Below are positions 1 to 8,852 of a stretch of DNA of 43,318 nt, piece by piece. Under the pieces are notes generated by a model. The model did no database searches. It saw only the letters and a list, made by a program, of their open reading frames with translations, and was not told where the DNA came from. The DNA is from a virus. The stretch is from the IMG/VR virus record IMGVR_UViG_2554235473_000004, positions 1 through 43,318 of that record, one strand, 5' to 3'. Within the stretch, counting starts at the first letter, position 1; each line of letters begins with the position of its first letter. Position numbers and translations under genes: made by a program.

Positions 1-1218
1 ATGACCGATCAGCCCCGGACTGCGATCGATCGCTCCGTTGAGCGGTGTCAGAATCGCGAGGGGATGAGCGAGGCCGACGCCGAGGCCATCCTCGACGCCC
101 ACCGACACATCGAGCTCCTCGGCCCGAGCGAGATCTCCGAGAGCCACCACAGCGACGTCCTCATGCGAAGCGTCAAGATGGCGCGCGAGGTCGGCGGCCT
201 CGCCGACGCCCTCGAGGACAGAGAGGCGGCCGAGGAGATCGTCCGCTGGATCAACCGCTCCTACGAGAACGAAGAGACGAACCGAGGATACCGGAAGTGC
301 CTCCGCGCCTTCGGTCGGCACGCCATCGGCGTCGAGGAGACACCCGAGACACTCGCGTGGGTTCCGTCGGGCTATTCCAGCACCTACGACCCGGCACCCG
401 ATCCCGGCGAGATGTTCCACTGGGATGAGCACGTCAAGCCGATGATCGACGCCGCCTCGAACGTTCGCGACGAGGCGCTCGTCGCCCTCTGCTGGGACCT
501 CGGCCCGCGAACCTCCGAGCTCTACGACCTCCAGGTCACCGACATCTCCGAAGGGGAGTTCGGCCTCCGGATCAACATCGAGAACGGGAAGAACGGCTCG
601 CGCTCGCCGACCATCGTCAAGGCCGTCCCCTACGTCCGTGACTGGCTCGAACGCCATCCCGGCGCTGGCGAGGACTACCTGTGGAGTCGCATCAACCGCC
701 CCGACCGCGTCAGTCGGAACTACCTGCGGGACGTCCTGAAGCGACTCGCCCGGAACGCCCCGATCGACCCGCCGGCGACGCCGACGCCGACGCAGTTCCG
801 GAAGAGCTCGGCCAGCTACCTCGCCAGCCAGAACGTCAACCAAGCCTTCCTCGAAGATCATCACGGCTGGGTCCGTGGTTCCGACAAGGCCGCCCGGTAC
901 GTCGCTGTCTTCGGTGACGCGAACGACCGCGCCATCGCGAGCGCGCACGGCGTCGACGTCGAGGTCACTGACGACACGCCCTCGATGAGCGAGTGCGTCC
1001 GCTGCGAAGAGCTCAACGAGCCCGACCGGTCGCGATGCCGTCGGTGTGGCTACCCGCTCGACCAGCAGGCGGTCGAGCGCGAAGACCTCCGACAGGAGCG
1101 CCTCAGTAAGCAACTCGCCATGCTCGACGGCGACGACGCGATGCGTCTCCTCGAGGTCATGGATGCCCTGGACGATCCGGAGGTCCTCGAAACGCTCGAC
1201 CGAATCGCGAGCCGGTGA
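1..1218 (+). CDS. int: Tyrosine recombinase/integrase with C-terminal Zn ribbon
   Basis: GPRTSEL (Arg), ENGKNG (Lys), TPTQFRKS, HHGW and RYV (Tyr) catalytic motifs; CVRC...CRRC at the C-terminus, typical of haloarchaeal viral integrases. Confidence 0.93.
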   Translation: MTDQPRTAIDRSVERCQNREGMSEADAEAILDAHRHIELLGPSEISESHHSDVLMRSVKMAREVGGLADALEDREAAEEIVRWINRSYENEETNRGYRKCLRAFGRHAIGVEETPETLAWVPSGYSSTYDPAPDPGEMFHWDEHVKPMIDAASNVRDEALVALCWDLGPRTSELYDLQVTDISEGEFGLRINIENGKNGSRSPTIVKAVPYVRDWLERHPGAGEDYLWSRINRPDRVSRNYLRDVLKRLARNAPIDPPATPTPTQFRKSSASYLASQNVNQAFLEDHHGWVRGSDKAARYVAVFGDANDRAIASAHGVDVEVTDDTPSMSECVRCEELNEPDRSRCRRCGYPLDQQAVEREDLRQERLSKQLAMLDGDDAMRLLEVMDALDDPEVLETLDRIASR

Positions 1219-1219
1219 C

Positions 1220-1390
1220 TCACTCGCCATCGTCGGCCTCCTGACGCTCGTCGAGCGCCACCAGCATGTTCTGGGCGTGCGGTGCCCACGGGCCGTCCTC
1301 CTCGACGATCTTCTCGAAGAGGTCGCGCTTGTCCGCGAGCTGCTCCCACGGTTCCTGTGCGTCGTCAGCTGTGGATGTCGTCGTACTCAT
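1220..1390 (-). CDS. Hypothetical protein, 56 aa (MSTTTSTADDAQEPWEQLADKRDLFEKIVEEDGPWAPHAQ...)
   Basis: Read manually, not in the ORF track; ATGA overlap with the upstream gene; acidic composition; converges on int. Confidence 0.7.
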   Translation of the reverse strand: MSTTTSTADDAQEPWEQLADKRDLFEKIVEEDGPWAPHAQNMLVALDERQEADDGE

Positions 1391-1728
1391 CGGGCAGCCT
1401 CCAAATTCCGCGGGTCAATCTGCGCGCAGTACTCCGTGCCACACTGCTCGTCGACGGCAGCCGCGACGGCGACGCCGTGGATGTTGGACAGGTGCGCCGG
1501 CGAGAGGCCGTACACCGTCACGAGCGCCTGGTCGCGACGGAAGACGACCGTGTCGGTCAGCTCGTCGAAGACGGCCTCGTCGTGTGCCGGGACGGGCGCA
1601 ACGGCCGGGATCGTCACGGTGACGCCCCGCTCGTAGGCCACCGCAGCCGAGACGAGCTCACCGCTCGTTCGGTCGCGCATCCGCCCCGCACAGTGCGGGG
1701 TGACGCACTCGACAGGCTCGATGCTCAT
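1387..1728 (-). CDS. Hypothetical protein, possible RelE/DUF4258-like (BECR) fold
   Basis: Start moved to MSIEP (ATGA overlap); pattern TPHCAGRMRDR...VVFRRDQALVTVY. Confidence 0.6.
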   Translation of the reverse strand: MSIEPVECVTPHCAGRMRDRTSGELVSAAVAYERGVTVTIPAVAPVPAHDEAVFDELTDTVVFRRDQALVTVYGLSPAHLSNIHGVAVAAAVDEQCGTEYCAQIDPRNLEAAR

Positions 1729-1817
1729 GCGACCACCATGATGATCAGGAGTGCGCTGAGCGCGGTTGCGGTACCGACGATGAACCAGTATGCGGTCCAC
1801 GCGAGAGGGTCGGTCAT
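1725..1817 (-). CDS. 30-aa single-TM peptide (MTDPLAWTAYWFIVGTATALSALLIIMVVA)
   Basis: ATGA overlaps at both ends; entirely hydrophobic. Confidence 0.65.
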   Translation of the reverse strand: MTDPLAWTAYWFIVGTATALSALLIIMVVA

Positions 1818-2545
1818 GGACTCACCTCGCTCGGGTCTCGCCCCTCGACGACGACCTCGTAGATCGCCCGAAGCGTCTCCTTGTTCCAGTCGTCGCGAGC
1901 GCCCGGCGCGTCGATGTCGAGGGCGCGCTCGAGAACGTCGGTCGTCGCGGCCTGTGTGAGCTCGTCTATCCACTCTCGCCGGTCGGCCTCCTCGGCCTCC
2001 TGGACGGCCGTCGGCTCGTGGCCAACGCGCTCGCAGACCGCCGCGAGGACATCGCGCATCCAGTCGACCGTCGTGATCGCCGTTTCCCAGCGCGCGCCGC
2101 CGCGCTCGACCATCTCGTAGCGGTCGCCGCCGGCGTCAGTCGCGGCCGAGATCTCGCGAACGAGGCTCGGCTTTTGAAGCTTCTGCGACCGACGCTGGGT
2201 GGCCTCGCCAGCGCGACGCTTGAACACCCACTTCACCGGCGAGGTATCGCGCCACTTCGAGACCTCGACATCAGTCAGGAAGTCCTCTGGCGTATCGCCG
2301 CGTAGGTGTGCGCCGAGCGTCTTCCCGATCTCTTGGGTGCGGACGTCGTCAGCGGTAGCCGCGATCGAGCCGGACGACACGATCCGCTCGTCGACGACGT
2401 GCTCGGACACGTACGTTTTGATGGCCGCGATGGCCGACTCAGAGCCCTGATACGCCGTGCCCTCGTAGTCGTTCTTCTGACCGACTCCCTGCTTTTCGAG
2501 CAGCTCTTCGACGGTCGTGGACTCCGACTCCGCGCTACTCGACAT
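1814..2545 (-). CDS. Hypothetical protein (243 aa)
   Basis: Start moved to MSSSAES, preceded by a GGAGGTG Shine-Dalgarno; acidic; coupled to neighbours. Confidence 0.8.
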   Translation of the reverse strand: MSSSAESESTTVEELLEKQGVGQKNDYEGTAYQGSESAIAAIKTYVSEHVVDERIVSSGSIAATADDVRTQEIGKTLGAHLRGDTPEDFLTDVEVSKWRDTSPVKWVFKRRAGEATQRRSQKLQKPSLVREISAATDAGGDRYEMVERGGARWETAITTVDWMRDVLAAVCERVGHEPTAVQEAEEADRREWIDELTQAATTDVLERALDIDAPGARDDWNKETLRAIYEVVVEGRDPSEVSP

Positions 2546-2672
2546 CGTCCACCTCCTCGAGGACGTACGTCGTGTCGTCATCGTGGGCGAGGATCGCGGT
2601 GTCGTTGCGCTCTAGGAGCTCGGCCGTCTCGCGCTCGACGCGGTCGACGACGCGGAACTGCGTCGCGGTCAC
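2535..2672 (-). CDS. Hypothetical protein, 45 aa (MTATQFRVVDRVERETAELLERNDTAILAHDDD...)
   Basis: Read manually; GTGA overlap with the upstream stop; halophile codon usage. Confidence 0.65.
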   Translation of the reverse strand: MTATQFRVVDRVERETAELLERNDTAILAHDDDTTYVLEEVDDVE

Positions 2673-2890
2673 AGGCCATCACTCTCCTGCGGGCCGCCGA
2701 GCGCCATCACCAGCTGGGCAAGCTCGTCGTTGGTGAACTGCTGTTGGGCCTCCGCGTCGGGATCGTGTTCCATCCCAGCGAGAGAGTCGATCTCTTGCCG
2801 GAGGTCGGCGGCCGTGTTCGCCTCGGCGAGGACAAAGGCTCGCGCCTCGAACGGCCAGTCCTCGTACTTGTCAGGGACGTCGAGGTTCAT
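2669..2890 (-). CDS. Hypothetical protein (73 aa)
   Basis: Coupled ORF in the early operon; acidic. Confidence 0.75.
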   Translation of the reverse strand: MNLDVPDKYEDWPFEARAFVLAEANTAADLRQEIDSLAGMEHDPDAEAQQQFTNDELAQLVMALGGPQESDGL

Positions 2891-3609
2891 GCTTCACTCT
2901 CCGTGCTGTCACGGACATCCCCGAGCGTGCCTTGGTACTCCTCAGGCAGGCTCGCGAACGGCAGGATCTCCGAGTTGATGAACGCCGCGTACGTCCCTGG
3001 CCGGTCGCCACCGTCGAACAGCGCGACGTAGCCGCTCTCGGAGACGACGCCACGCGTGTAGCCCTCGTTCCAGTTGTACTCGAAGCCAAGCATCACCGTG
3101 TCGCGACTTCCACCCGTGTCAGCGAGGTGGGCCGCGTCGTGGTACGCGATCACCGACTCCTCGGCATCGTCATCGGCGTCGAAGCTCCGCGTCTGCGTGA
3201 CGTTCCAGGCGTCGGCGGTCGGGTAGTCGCTCAGGTACTCCGCGAAGCCGTCGACGTCGATCTGGGCGCGGTGGATGCGAGTGCCCTTCGCCAGCCCGAC
3301 CGTATCGAACAACCAGTCGCCGTCCGAGCGGTTGACACCGAGCCAACCCTCTGACAGGTCCGCGATCCACTCGCAGTAGGTGTGCTCCGTCGCCTCCTCG
3401 GTCTCGGTGATGATCGAGTCATCGGAGACGTAGATCGTCTCGCTCTCGACGTCGATCCGACCGGCGGCGTCGCCGGCGTACACCGTGGTCCCGTCGAGGC
3501 GCTCGTACGCGGTCGCGTCGATCGCGGGGTACGTCGCGTTCTCGACGTGGCTTTCGATCTGCGGGTCAGCGATGTCGTCTTGGGCGAGCCCGAGGATGGT
3601 CGCGCGCAT
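2887..3609 (-). CDS. Hypothetical haloviral protein (240 aa)
   Basis: Start moved to MRATILG (TGATG overlap); long acidic ORF. Confidence 0.8.
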   Translation of the reverse strand: MRATILGLAQDDIADPQIESHVENATYPAIDATAYERLDGTTVYAGDAAGRIDVESETIYVSDDSIITETEEATEHTYCEWIADLSEGWLGVNRSDGDWLFDTVGLAKGTRIHRAQIDVDGFAEYLSDYPTADAWNVTQTRSFDADDDAEESVIAYHDAAHLADTGGSRDTVMLGFEYNWNEGYTRGVVSESGYVALFDGGDRPGTYAAFINSEILPFASLPEEYQGTLGDVRDSTESEA

Positions 3610-3860
3610 CAAGCCACCTCCCACTCGTCTTCTTCAACTTCGGCTTCGAGCAGCTCGTCGATGTCCGCGAACTCGCCGATCTCATTCTCCAGCGATCCGG
3701 CGAGTACGCGCAGTGCCTCCTCGGGTGTCTCCCCAGCGCACGGGTGATCAAGCCCGGGCGCATCGACCTTCCACTCCGTCTCGACATCACTCTCGAAGTC
3801 TTCACCGCGCGTCTCGTACGACTCCAGTGTCAGCTCGACCGTGCGGTCATCTCCCGGCAT
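3609..3860 (-). CDS. HicB-like small protein
   Basis: WKVDAPGLDHPCAGETPEEAL resembles the HicB/RNase H-like signature; start MPGDD at a TGATG overlap. Confidence 0.5.
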   Translation of the reverse strand: MPGDDRTVELTLESYETRGEDFESDVETEWKVDAPGLDHPCAGETPEEALRVLAGSLENEIGEFADIDELLEAEVEEDEWEVA

Positions 3861-4228
3861 CAGTATTCCCCCCGCTCCCACGCCTGCCGCTCGGCGAGCA
3901 GCTGCGTGGCCTCATCGCTCAGCGTGTAGTCGTTCGTCCGCTTGTCGCGCATGGTCTTCACGACGAGACCGGCCTCAACGAGGTCGTCGAGGTTCGGGTA
4001 CAGTCGCCCGTGGTTGACCTCGTCGCCGTACAGCGCCTCTAGCTGGCGCTTGATCCGCAGGCCGTACGCCTCGTGGTCGGCCTCATGGAATAGCGTCCAG
4101 AGGATGTCGCGCTTGAACGCGGTCAGGTCTGCGAACGCGCGCAGCTGCTCGCGAGTCTCGTGATCAGCGTCGATACGTGCCGCGTCGTTGGGCCCATCTT
4201 GAATAGGCCCCGAGTTTGACTTACTCAT
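3860..4228 (-). CDS. PadR-family winged-helix transcriptional regulator
   Basis: DLTAFKRDIL...YGLRIKRQLEALYGDEVNHGRLYPNLDDLVEAGLVVK...DKRTNDY is the haloarchaeal PadR pattern. Confidence 0.9.
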   Translation of the reverse strand: MSKSNSGPIQDGPNDAARIDADHETREQLRAFADLTAFKRDILWTLFHEADHEAYGLRIKRQLEALYGDEVNHGRLYPNLDDLVEAGLVVKTMRDKRTNDYTLSDEATQLLAERQAWERGEY

Positions 4229-4308
4229 GGGTCTCTCGAATGCCCTCGTCACGAGGGCGCCATCTCGGGACCCAGCCCGTCGGCGTGCCAGCGCCGGCGG
4301 GGTTTCTG
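4229..4308. promoter_or_regulatory. Structured leader of the early operon (two hairpins)
   Basis: GGGTC/GACCC-closed stem containing GCCCTCGT-C-ACGAGGGC (4229-4273) abutting the PadR start; CCCGTCGGCG-TGCCAG-CGCCGGCGGG (4276-4301) followed by GTTTCTG. Confidence 0.6.
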
Positions 4309-4339
4309 CTCCCGCGAAGGCCAGGTCAACTAACCTTTC

Positions 4340-4444
4340 ACACCCTCTCTACTAATAATTTGCTGTGCTGAATACAGGCTGTGGAGTACTCTTGTGAGTG
4401 TATTTATATTGGTGTGTAGCGTATAGCGTAACACCGGTATCACT
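4340..4444. promoter_or_regulatory. Divergent promoter region of switch 1
   Basis: AT-rich intergenic region between divergent regulators; TATTTATA at 4401-4408 (plus), AATTATTAGT on minus; TAGCGTA direct repeat at 4417-4430. Confidence 0.6.
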
Positions 4445-4744
4445 ATGAGTTCCACAGTCGAAGCCAGCGTCGTGCCACGAGGACGCGCGGAGTGGATGCG
4501 CCCTGTCGATGAGGCTATTCTGGAGCATCTGCGCTCGGAGGGGAACCTGACGCCTGACGCGCTCGAAAAGTTGGACGTCACCGTCTCGAACTACGCGAGC
4601 AACCGCCTCACGAAGCTCCGCAAATACGGGCTCGTCGAGCGGGTTGTCCCGGGTGTCCGAGGCCTTTACCGCATCACTGACGCTGGCGAGGCGTTCCTCG
4701 ACGAGGAGCTCGACGCCGCCGAGCTCGATCCGGTCAATTCCTGA
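4445..4744 (+). CDS. Winged-helix repressor (phiH1 repressor-like)
   Basis: EWMRPVDEAILEHLRSEG...YASNRLTKLRKYGLVERV...GLYRITDAGEAFL; divergent from the early operon. Confidence 0.85.
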   Translation: MSSTVEASVVPRGRAEWMRPVDEAILEHLRSEGNLTPDALEKLDVTVSNYASNRLTKLRKYGLVERVVPGVRGLYRITDAGEAFLDEELDAAELDPVNS

Positions 4745-4750
4745 TACCAT

Positions 4751-5002
4751 TTACACCACCCGCAGGCCGGGCGCGGCCTTCTTCAACGCGGGGCCGAGCC
4801 AGCGCGGAGCCGACCGCCCGGGCGTTCTCTTCACCTGTCCATACTCGTCGAACGTGAGCGTCCACTCGTCGGTGCCGTGAGCGACCTCAACGGTCGTCTC
4901 GTCGTCGTGCTCGTTGATCGTGACGTCGACGGCAGCGTCGACGTCGAAGCCCAGTTCAGTCAGGTCAACTGTCTTCTGTGTCCGGTGTGCCTGCGGGGGC
5001 AT
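4751..5002 (-). CDS. Hypothetical protein (83 aa)
   Basis: Acidic ORF with a CTTTTAC TATA-like box about 27 nt upstream. Confidence 0.7.
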   Translation of the reverse strand: MPPQAHRTQKTVDLTELGFDVDAAVDVTINEHDDETTVEVAHGTDEWTLTFDEYGQVKRTPGRSAPRWLGPALKKAAPGLRVV

Positions 5003-5054
5003 ACCGCAGCCGACGGGTGGATGAACGGTAAAAGGGGGCCGTACTTCCGGGGTC

Positions 5055-5825
5055 CTACGCTGTGATGGCTGCGCTCAGCATGTTGTCCCTTTGAGACCAC
5101 GGGACTAACGAGTCGCTGTAGTTCCTCAATATCTTCTCAGAGTCATAGCCGAACTCACCCGATTCATCATCAATTACGGAGATGCGATTGACTTTATTTC
5201 CGTAGTGGCCCTGGATCTCAGTCCATTTATACATCGTTCTTTGGGCCATTGTCTTAGCTGTGGAAGCGTCTTCAGCGTGGAGGGCCTGAATGTATGTTGG
5301 GCTTTCCTGACCCCTTACCCCGAAGTCAACACGGTGCTTTTCAGACGCGCCTTCGACTTCAGGATTGGTATCGTACCGGAATCCCAGTTCAGTGATGTAC
5401 GTTCCAACATCAGCTCTGAAATCAGTCTGGGTGTACTGTCTTCTGGTGAAGGTGAGATGAGAGATTGACTGAACAGCCTGGCCCACCTCAAGAATTCTCT
5501 GGCCAAGCTCATCTGCGGAGGCAGTTGTCTTGACCTCTTGCTTCGCTTGGTCAAGGCTGTAGCGCTCTTGGATAGTGTTGACACGGTTAGCTCGACGCTC
5601 TTGATCCAGGTTGATGTTTGAGAGGTACAGAAGTCCGTAGGTTTCGCCCTCATCAGTAATCGTGTACTGATCGCCGTTTTGAACAACCCACAGACGAATT
5701 GCGTCTCCATCCGATCGCTCAAGTGGGAGTGTAACACGGCAATCCTCACTGTCGGCTTCGATTGACATCCCTGTATCAAAGGCGTCAGTTAGCCGCGGTC
5801 GGATAAGTTCGCTACAGTTTGTCAT
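5055..5825 (-). CDS. DUF1828/DUF1829-like protein
   Basis: RVTLPLERSDGDAIRLWV...YTITDEGET N-terminus; C-terminal restriction-endonuclease-like segment (EGASEKHRVDFGV); AT-richer than flanks. Confidence 0.7.
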   Translation of the reverse strand: MTNCSELIRPRLTDAFDTGMSIEADSEDCRVTLPLERSDGDAIRLWVVQNGDQYTITDEGETYGLLYLSNINLDQERRANRVNTIQERYSLDQAKQEVKTTASADELGQRILEVGQAVQSISHLTFTRRQYTQTDFRADVGTYITELGFRYDTNPEVEGASEKHRVDFGVRGQESPTYIQALHAEDASTAKTMAQRTMYKWTEIQGHYGNKVNRISVIDDESGEFGYDSEKILRNYSDSLVPWSQRDNMLSAAITA

Positions 5826-6238
5826 GCTTCAAGCCTGTCTTGACGTTGGTAGTCGCCTCTCAGCTCTATATTACATTCATTAAGAAAGTCCTGAAAGGCC
5901 TTATCAACATCGTCCGTTGCTACGTCATCAACTGGATATGCGCAGTTGTCCTCATACTGCGGATGCCACTTGTGCTTGTGAGAGCCGTCGATCACTTCTC
6001 CATCTGGATTCCGATGTCGAGAATCATCCCAGCGTCGGACAACTTTGGAGCTTTTGTATAGCAGGCAGAAGCCATATGACCGCCTTTTCCAAGCTTTCAG
6101 AGAGAGTATTGCTTCTGAGTCAAAACAATATACCGTGGCCTCACCGATCAAGTTTGGTCCATCAGTCTCCCATATCCAGTCTTCTTCGATGATCTTCTTC
6201 ATGTCGTAGAGTTCCTCGATTTCAGCTTGTGAGACCAT
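5822..6238 (-). CDS. DUF6978-like protein
   Basis: RWDDSRHRNPDGEVIDGSHKHKW His cluster; ATGA-coupled to the DUF1828-like gene; start set at MVSQAE. Confidence 0.65.
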   Translation of the reverse strand: MVSQAEIEELYDMKKIIEEDWIWETDGPNLIGEATVYCFDSEAILSLKAWKRRSYGFCLLYKSSKVVRRWDDSRHRNPDGEVIDGSHKHKWHPQYEDNCAYPVDDVATDDVDKAFQDFLNECNIELRGDYQRQDRLEA

Positions 6239-6312
6239 GTAACCAGATATCACGATGATTTAACCCCCGGTTAATTATATTTTCGCACTCAATTATTCAA
6301 ATCGAAAAACAA

Positions 6313-7389
6313 TCACTTAGTCATACATTTTAATTGGATTTGTTGTTCATCTATCCCTGTAAGAGGTGCTATAAGCTCACTATCTGTAGGTGCGTACAAC
6401 CAACGGTGATCCAAGCGTTCACGCTCGACAAGGTCGTATGCCCGAAGTTTGTTGAGTTTGTTCCGCCGTGAGCGACGGCTAATCGGTGTGTACTCTCGGT
6501 TCGCGTAGACACCTTCTTTGATCTCCTCGTACTGCGCGTGTAGCTTCCGACCAGTCACTTGACTGCCCTCTCGGATCAACTCGTACAGCACGCGGTGATG
6601 AAACGGAAGCGACTGGAGATTCGCTTCACGGATGCTGGCACGAGCGCGCTCGTAGGCATCGTCGACGTCGGTATCATGAATCGATGTGTGTTCGCACTCA
6701 TTGGCAATCTCGGCAGCCGCCCGGAGCGTCTGAATCCCTTCCCGGGCCACACCGGCGACGTCGTCGGCGATCGTCTCCAACTGCTTGCGTGAGACGGCGC
6801 CGTCGACGAGCCCAACACGAGCCCGGTCAGCAAGGATGTCCGCGAGCTCGTCGACGCCGAATCGACGTAGCTCGATGCGCCCACTGTGGAGGTACTGCCG
6901 AGTGTCAGCCTCTGCGCGGGCCAGCCAGTCATCTGGCTCGTGGCAGATCACGACGACCTCGACGCCGGGCACGGCAATCAGCTGCCCGACAGCTCCAGTG
7001 CCAGCAATGTCGTCGGCCTCGTCAAGGAGCACGAGGAGATCGTCTCCGACGAGCGTCTCTCGAAGCTTCCTGGGAAGCGTATCGTTCGGCGCGTTGTCGA
7101 CGACGGACCCACCGGCGCCTCGTATCGCTTCCCGGAACAGCTCGCCAGTGGTCGTTCCGAGAGCCTGAATCCACGTCCAGTGCGTTCCGAACTCATGACT
7201 GAACTCCTCAAGAACGGTCCGGCCGAGAGCCGTCTTCCCGACACCACTCGGGCCGGCTAGCAGGGCACCCTGGTCGTGGTCGGTACGAGCGCGGTGGAGG
7301 AGGCGGATCAGCTCTTGGACCTGCGCTTCGCGGTGCCGAAGGTCTGGAGGAGGCGTCTCGTCGTCGAAGACCTCTGGACGACGTATCAT
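6313..7389 (-). CDS. orc1/cdc6: Orc1/Cdc6-family AAA+ initiator
   Basis: Walker A GPSGVGKT, Walker B LLDEAD, ELADILADRA sensor region, GVAREGIQTLRAA, C-terminal winged helix. Confidence 0.9.
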   Translation of the reverse strand: MIRRPEVFDDETPPPDLRHREAQVQELIRLLHRARTDHDQGALLAGPSGVGKTALGRTVLEEFSHEFGTHWTWIQALGTTTGELFREAIRGAGGSVVDNAPNDTLPRKLRETLVGDDLLVLLDEADDIAGTGAVGQLIAVPGVEVVVICHEPDDWLARAEADTRQYLHSGRIELRRFGVDELADILADRARVGLVDGAVSRKQLETIADDVAGVAREGIQTLRAAAEIANECEHTSIHDTDVDDAYERARASIREANLQSLPFHHRVLYELIREGSQVTGRKLHAQYEEIKEGVYANREYTPISRRSRRNKLNKLRAYDLVERERLDHRWLYAPTDSELIAPLTGIDEQQIQLKCMTK

Positions 7390-7429
7390 GTTGATGACGG
7401 CTGACGCGAGCAGGGGTAATAAAGCGGAG

Positions 7430-7449
7430 CCTCGCTTCCGGGGTGGAAC
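7430..7449 (-). promoter_or_regulatory. ORB-like element upstream of orc1/cdc6
   Basis: Minus strand GTTCCACCCCGGAAGCGAGG resembles the archaeal ORB core TTCCA..GGAAAC; lacks a G-string. Confidence 0.4.
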
Positions 7450-7512
7450 TAAAAGTAAATCAGAGCCACAATTGGCAGAGGTTTTACAACATCATCACAC
7501 CACTGGGCTGTC

Positions 7513-8568
7513 ATGAGACGTCGAAAGGTGCTCGCGTTCACAGCAGGTGGTATTGCCCTCCCACTCGCCGGGTGTTCAGGGGACAGCGATAGCGGACCAG
7601 AGCCCACGGACAGCGACAGTAGCGATGGATCGGACGGCGGTGATGGTAGTGACGGAAGCGACGAGTCCACAGACGAAAATGGGTCTGACGAGAGCGACGA
7701 TTCTGACTCTGGGCCTGAGCAAGTCCAGGCTGCTGTCGGCGATCTCGTTGAGGGCGACCAGCTCCACCTCGTCGTTGAGGGGATTGAGCGGACTACAAGC
7801 CTCGGTCAGTTCTCCCAGCCGGACGCTGGCAACGAGTTTGTCGTCGTGTCGCTCGCGCTCAAAAACGTGAGCGACGACTACGTGTCGGTAAGCAACCTGC
7901 TCCAGACACGGCTTCGAGACGCTGAGGATTTCCAGTACGACCAGACGTTCGCCGGTGGCGGCGGGAATACGTTCAACGCCGGCCAGTTCGCACCTGGCGA
8001 GGTTGAGCGCGGGACGATCACCTTTGAGGTACCAGAGGATGCGTCCGGGCTCCAGTTGGTGTTCGACCTGGACGCCTCGATCATCGGCGGCATCGACCGG
8101 GCACGGATCAACCTCGGAGAGCAGGCAGACTCCGTTGCCGAGCTCGAGCAAGACCTCGGTATCGATGTGTACGGGACTGGCGAGGAGATTGGGTATCAAG
8201 ATGTCGCCGTCACCGTCAACGGAACACGAACCGAGTCATCCCTCGGCCAATACTCGCAGCCGGATGAGGGGAACGAGTTCGTTATCGTCGACATCAGCAT
8301 CACCAACAATACCGGCGAAGAGCGAAGCTTCTCGACGATCCTCCAAATGATGCTCAAAGACGGCGAGGGGTACACGTATCAAGAGAGTTTGACAGCAACG
8401 TCTAGCCTCGATCGATCCTTCGACGAGGGGACGCCACTGAGCGACGGTGAGACACGACGTGGCGAACTTGCGTACGAACTCGCGGAGGGAACCGCACCGC
8501 TCTACTGGGTGTTTGAGTTCTCGGTGTTTGCGGGCGGCGATAAAACGTTCTGGGAGGTTCGAGGTTAG
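7513..8568 (+). CDS. Tat lipoprotein with two DUF4352-like Ig-fold domains
   Basis: MRRRKVL twin-Arg signal, LAGC lipobox, D/S-rich linker, internal duplication SLGQ(F/Y)SQPD(A/E)GNEFV. Confidence 0.85.
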   Translation: MRRRKVLAFTAGGIALPLAGCSGDSDSGPEPTDSDSSDGSDGGDGSDGSDESTDENGSDESDDSDSGPEQVQAAVGDLVEGDQLHLVVEGIERTTSLGQFSQPDAGNEFVVVSLALKNVSDDYVSVSNLLQTRLRDAEDFQYDQTFAGGGGNTFNAGQFAPGEVERGTITFEVPEDASGLQLVFDLDASIIGGIDRARINLGEQADSVAELEQDLGIDVYGTGEEIGYQDVAVTVNGTRTESSLGQYSQPDEGNEFVIVDISITNNTGEERSFSTILQMMLKDGEGYTYQESLTATSSLDRSFDEGTPLSDGETRRGELAYELAEGTAPLYWVFEFSVFAGGDKTFWEVRG

Positions 8569-8852
8569 CAGTCGTCCAGCGTGTCGAACGCGTCGCCGGG
8601 ATCGGCCGGCGACCGCCGAGAGGCGTCGCGCTGCGGACACGTCGGCTTGTGGACGAGTTCGTCGATGCTCGTCTGGTGGCCTCCAGGACCGTCGACGATC
8701 ACCTGTGCGCCACAGTAGCGACACCGCATGAATTTGGTCTCAGTGATGGCGAACCCGTCGACGCTCGGCGGCGACCCACTCTCGACGAGTTCCCACTCAG
8801 TGTCGGGGTCGATTACCCTGCGGAAGGCGCTCATCTGGTCAGCCATCGTCAC
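8565..8852 (-). CDS. Small Zn-binding protein
   Basis: CRYC...HKPTC; GTGA overlap with the upstream gene. Confidence 0.7.
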   Translation of the reverse strand: MTMADQMSAFRRVIDPDTEWELVESGSPPSVDGFAITETKFMRCRYCGAQVIVDGPGGHQTSIDELVHKPTCPQRDASRRSPADPGDAFDTLDDC

